Positions 63,301 to 64,000 of a stretch of 64,000 bases of DNA are shown one piece after another. Below the pieces are notes generated by a model that saw only the letters and a program-made list of their open reading frames with translations, was not told the origin of the DNA and did no database searches. The translations under genes were made by a program, and so were the position numbers. The first letter of the stretch is position 1. Each line of letters opens with the position of its first letter. Where the stretch lies: the NCBI GenBank assembly GCA_964652685.1, contig CAZZBS010000002.1, forward strand, positions 57,497-121,496. Direction: 5' to 3'. Origin of the DNA: an uncultured Lentimicrobiaceae bacterium. Lineage in GTDB: Bacteria; Bacteroidota; Bacteroidia; Bacteroidales; SKPS01.

Positions 63301-64000
63301 CAAACCCCCAGCAGAATGCACCCCAGGGTAGCAACCAGACCGTCGTCGCAAAAGTGAAAAATATGGGTTCAGGAAACCTGACCGGATTCACGGTTTCGTA
63401 TAGCCTGAACCAGGGACCTGTTCAATCCGCAACATGGAACGGAATCCTTACGCCCGGTGGCGTCACTTACGTAACCCTCCCTGCAGCATCCATCCCTGCA
63501 GGTTACTATACCCTGTGTGCATGGGTGATTGCCCCGGGTGATACCACCCAGAACAATGATACCATGTGTGTTACGCTATACGGAAAACCATTGTACGATG
63601 CCGCAGCTGTCCTGATTGTGAGCCCCCTGAGCCAGCATGTCCAGGGACAGCAACTACCGGTAAAAGTGCTGATAAGAAACTTCGGGATCGATACATTAAC
63701 AAGTGTACCTGTCGGCTACCGCATCAATGGTGGTAACGTTGTTACCACAACCTACAATGGATTGCTTTATCCCAATGCAACTGATACGGCCCATTTTCCC
63801 TCCATCGCAATGCTTCCGGGAAGCCAGTTCTTCTGCGCTTTTACCAACCTTACCAACGACTTCGATACCAATAACGATACGGTCTGTAAGCAGGTGTATG
63901 CCAAGCCATTGCTTGATATTGCCCCCATTGGCCTTGTCGCACCCACCGGCACGGCATGCAATACCTCATCCATGCAGGTGTCTATAAGGATCCGGAACAG
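57321..64000 (+). CDS. Giant multidomain cell-surface/adhesin-like protein (more than 2226 aa; 3' end beyond the window)
   Basis: Absent from the ORF track because it has no in-window stop. Manual translation from the ATG at 57321 stays open to 64000. It has the signal MKSTYIIFVAVFFLYATGFGQ. Three jelly-roll modules of MAM, cleaved-adhesin or choice-of-anchor-J type are visible (GWVIDDIKV; NDWFFSRCFTFEANRTYELSFWYK...CIDDMTI; GVCIDNFEI). A parallel beta-helix-like region lies around nt 59150-60480 with NN(I/M/F)-type rungs. At least 7 CARDB-like modules begin (Y/L/N/K)D(I/A)... and contain (K/R)N(Y/F/M/N)G(T/S/I). Confidence 0.85.
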   Translation, partial: MKSTYIIFVAVFFLYATGFGQTVVYQEGFEGTPSVTTAGTQLWSLNTTLYNSGTKSYSAHIVNPGDSSVLTTQSFSTAGNLFVQLEFSHICKIEFFDEGTIWVSNNNGATWTQLTEPQYLGSGGFSASSGNKFTSTTYTTWLPGNPTPPTNTWWKDEVFNISNLVGNSAQVMIKFVLKDMNNGTQFDNWGWVIDDIKVTVSVDETIPPSISLASPILPDTVYNTGPFQVFAEVTDFTGIDTAMIVFTANGGTPDTVGMSLQSGNIYTGDIPSYTYNTIICYHIIAYDASTNANLGRYPQTGCISFKVKQAPAIVTIGTGTTNTASGGPVYMSSASSTYLYSNHISIFTPAEINASGLIESMAWNKANAYGYNLGNATYRIYLKHTSMTSIPSTVGTFTNELSGATLVYENTQQNLPLATGWVTFMFNTPNSFNYNGADNLMVLVDWYRPGSPTGAVNWYYTSATGKAQTWAASVTPPNIGYGSGSRPNIQIGFQVTNYPYDIGISQIIEPAGTAIAGTNPVRVFLKNYGTDTITKANIHYTYNGQPRAPLVWTGSILPYLSSGSITLGNETMVPGSYVVKAWTSMPNDSVDQNPNNDTVTSAGFVCLNVLNGTYVVGNSPTADFATIGDALQAISQCGMSGPVIFSLLPGVHQTQMTFQNIPASSLTNTITFRSSTMNPDDVVIKYNATGTADNFVLKLDGARFLRFEYLTFQAMNATYGNVITIGNGSISNAFTGNKIIGPQVSVSSTSICLVYSTSGTTSNDSNNVFRLNTFLNGSYGFYYLGPSSNILERGTVIDSNNFINQYYRAIDLRYQDAPVISSNYIYSQTEAIHGTSTTYWHGMYLNYCQNEMQVVKNNIHAPLGTYGVYMATCTAVPGREALIANNMIAEIGGFTFVYGFYLSSANYQLYYHNSVNITSPTSNAGHAFYLASGGNIVLLNNIFANTGGAFCVRINAPAAITRSNYNNLYSVATTNWGYWNGTISNLSMWKSASGVDTNSVSINPGFTSVSDLHVSSIPMNNHGTPVALVPDDFDWELRSTTTPDLGADEYTPPVKDILFTNVLWPRSSCALGAAEEVELLIRNNGTDPVNSFTATYKVNNLPAVTETFNKYIAPLTTDTLRFLTLANLSNYGLYEFTFYTSLPLDENLHNDTISNYVIFNSHNFYDADYYTSFEINDPVRGPYSYLDANNDNSYWHFFGSTANSRTGMIYMGYECNQSNAGNDWFFSRCFTFEANRTYELSFWYKTSDATYTQGVDVKLGTLNNVASMNTMLISLPGFNNAVYQEATIQFSVPATGVYYLGFFAYSPPVATTTQIMACIDDMTIRMIPPYDAGILAITEPVQGCGLGNENVKVKIKNYGTANIVSGLTASYQLSGQPTPVTQPVTGVLLSGDTLEFTFSTPVNLVSLSDTAFHLTAWTTLPGDTLLSSKTNDTLQKVVKGFSLPGPPTVTNDTVNSGYQATLTAQSSNTVYWFDNLTAAIPVGMGNTFVTPPLFATTTYYAETGVETPVALIQGTGTTGQYNLPFYGYYEYGWSAILMKYNQMGYIDSIGYDLSSTVSNYNMPNQRIFMALVPDSVFTAGTKPNPANMTEVFNGTINYNGPGYHMIPLSASFFYDPDYALLVYYENQKGSTTTGYPAFRYTSTTQYQALYRNQSGSFPNIDGYQTYSKPNLRIYMREGTGCRSNRVAATAIVNLPQNDAGVSDILSPKQFAQSGASLPVRVEVKNFGTNPLTQIPVNYRLNNQAVVTQTWNGSLLSTQTDTVSFASVVIPIGFSSLKAWTSLTGDAVALNDTMILSFLGTTLEPLPFYDAFDATTQFQPNTALYTNWELGTPAYGVLNSAHSAPNAWCTNLLAAYYNNADAILTTQLIDFSTAINPNMSFWIHYNTELGYDGMYVQSSTDNGASWNTLGVHNDTNGVNWYNTANLVSANGPAWSGHSNEWKKVSYNLNQFSGTAALRFRFVFRSNSAGNFEGVCIDNFEITIPSSLDAALNGFANPQQNAPQGSNQTVVAKVKNMGSGNLTGFTVSYSLNQGPVQSATWNGILTPGGVTYVTLPAASIPAGYYTLCAWVIAPGDTTQNNDTMCVTLYGKPLYDAAAVLIVSPLSQHVQGQQLPVKVLIRNFGIDTLTSVPVGYRINGGNVVTTTYNGLLYPNATDTAHFPSIAMLPGSQFFCAFTNLTNDFDTNNDTVCKQVYAKPLLDIAPIGLVAPTGTACNTSSMQVSIRIRN

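Noticed and set aside
57960-63391. A series of minus-strand ORFs (57960..58472, 58611..58937, 59826..60386, 60251..60589, 61059..61466, 62987..63391 and others) in a region where the track lists no in-frame ORF for the real gene.
   Set aside because: A single uninterrupted plus-strand frame from 57321, with clear domain architecture, explains the whole region. The minus-strand ORFs are G/V/D/R-rich shadows.

Overview
The window reads as a chromosomal segment of a Bacteroidota-type bacterium. The evidence is TAnnTTTG -7 promoter boxes, T9SS C-terminal sorting domains, a DUF4290-murA pair, a GWxTD lipoprotein, and an r-protein cluster lacking tuf and adk.

Layout:
(1) 1-12.2 kb, mostly minus strand: a BNR surface-protein gene truncated at the window edge, an ORF-poor spacer rich in simple repeats, a small hypothetical gene, an ABC-2 transporter pair, dnaJ-grpE, murA-DUF4290, a UvrD/PcrA helicase and a small beta-barrel protein.
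(2) 12.6-30.9 kb, plus strand: one uninterrupted str-S10-spc-alpha ribosomal superoperon of 33 genes, closed by a textbook terminator and followed by eno and a UbiD-family decarboxylase.
(3) 34.3-43.9 kb, minus strand: a tightly packed run of ung, BamA/TamA-like OMP, 7-bladed propeller, tiny TM protein, GWxTD lipoprotein, rlmB, GT39 glycosyltransferase, YwqK/MORN lipoprotein and a degenerate DnaB-C-like ATPase.
(4) 44-64 kb: an accessory-looking island of secreted and T9SS cargo proteins. It holds two more BNR paralogs, an S8 peptidase, an orphan cargo protein and a giant adhesin-like protein of more than 2226 aa that runs off the window end.

The supplied ORF track misses both edge-truncated genes (1..1326 minus, 57321..64000 plus) and four genes under 60 aa (rpmD, rpmJ, a 45-aa lipoprotein, and infA, which is hidden inside a longer ORF).

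I saw no rRNA, tRNA, CRISPR array, transposase, integrase or recognisable defence system. None of the findings is a clear-cut novel system. The most promising leads are the BamA-like/propeller/GWxTD envelope module, the degenerate DnaB-like paralog, the T9SS cargo island with its giant protein, a candidate structured RNA upstream of rpsL, and the unusual simple-repeat and palindromic-repeat spacers at 1.4-2.8 kb.

All calls rest on by-eye translation and motif recognition. No database search was possible.
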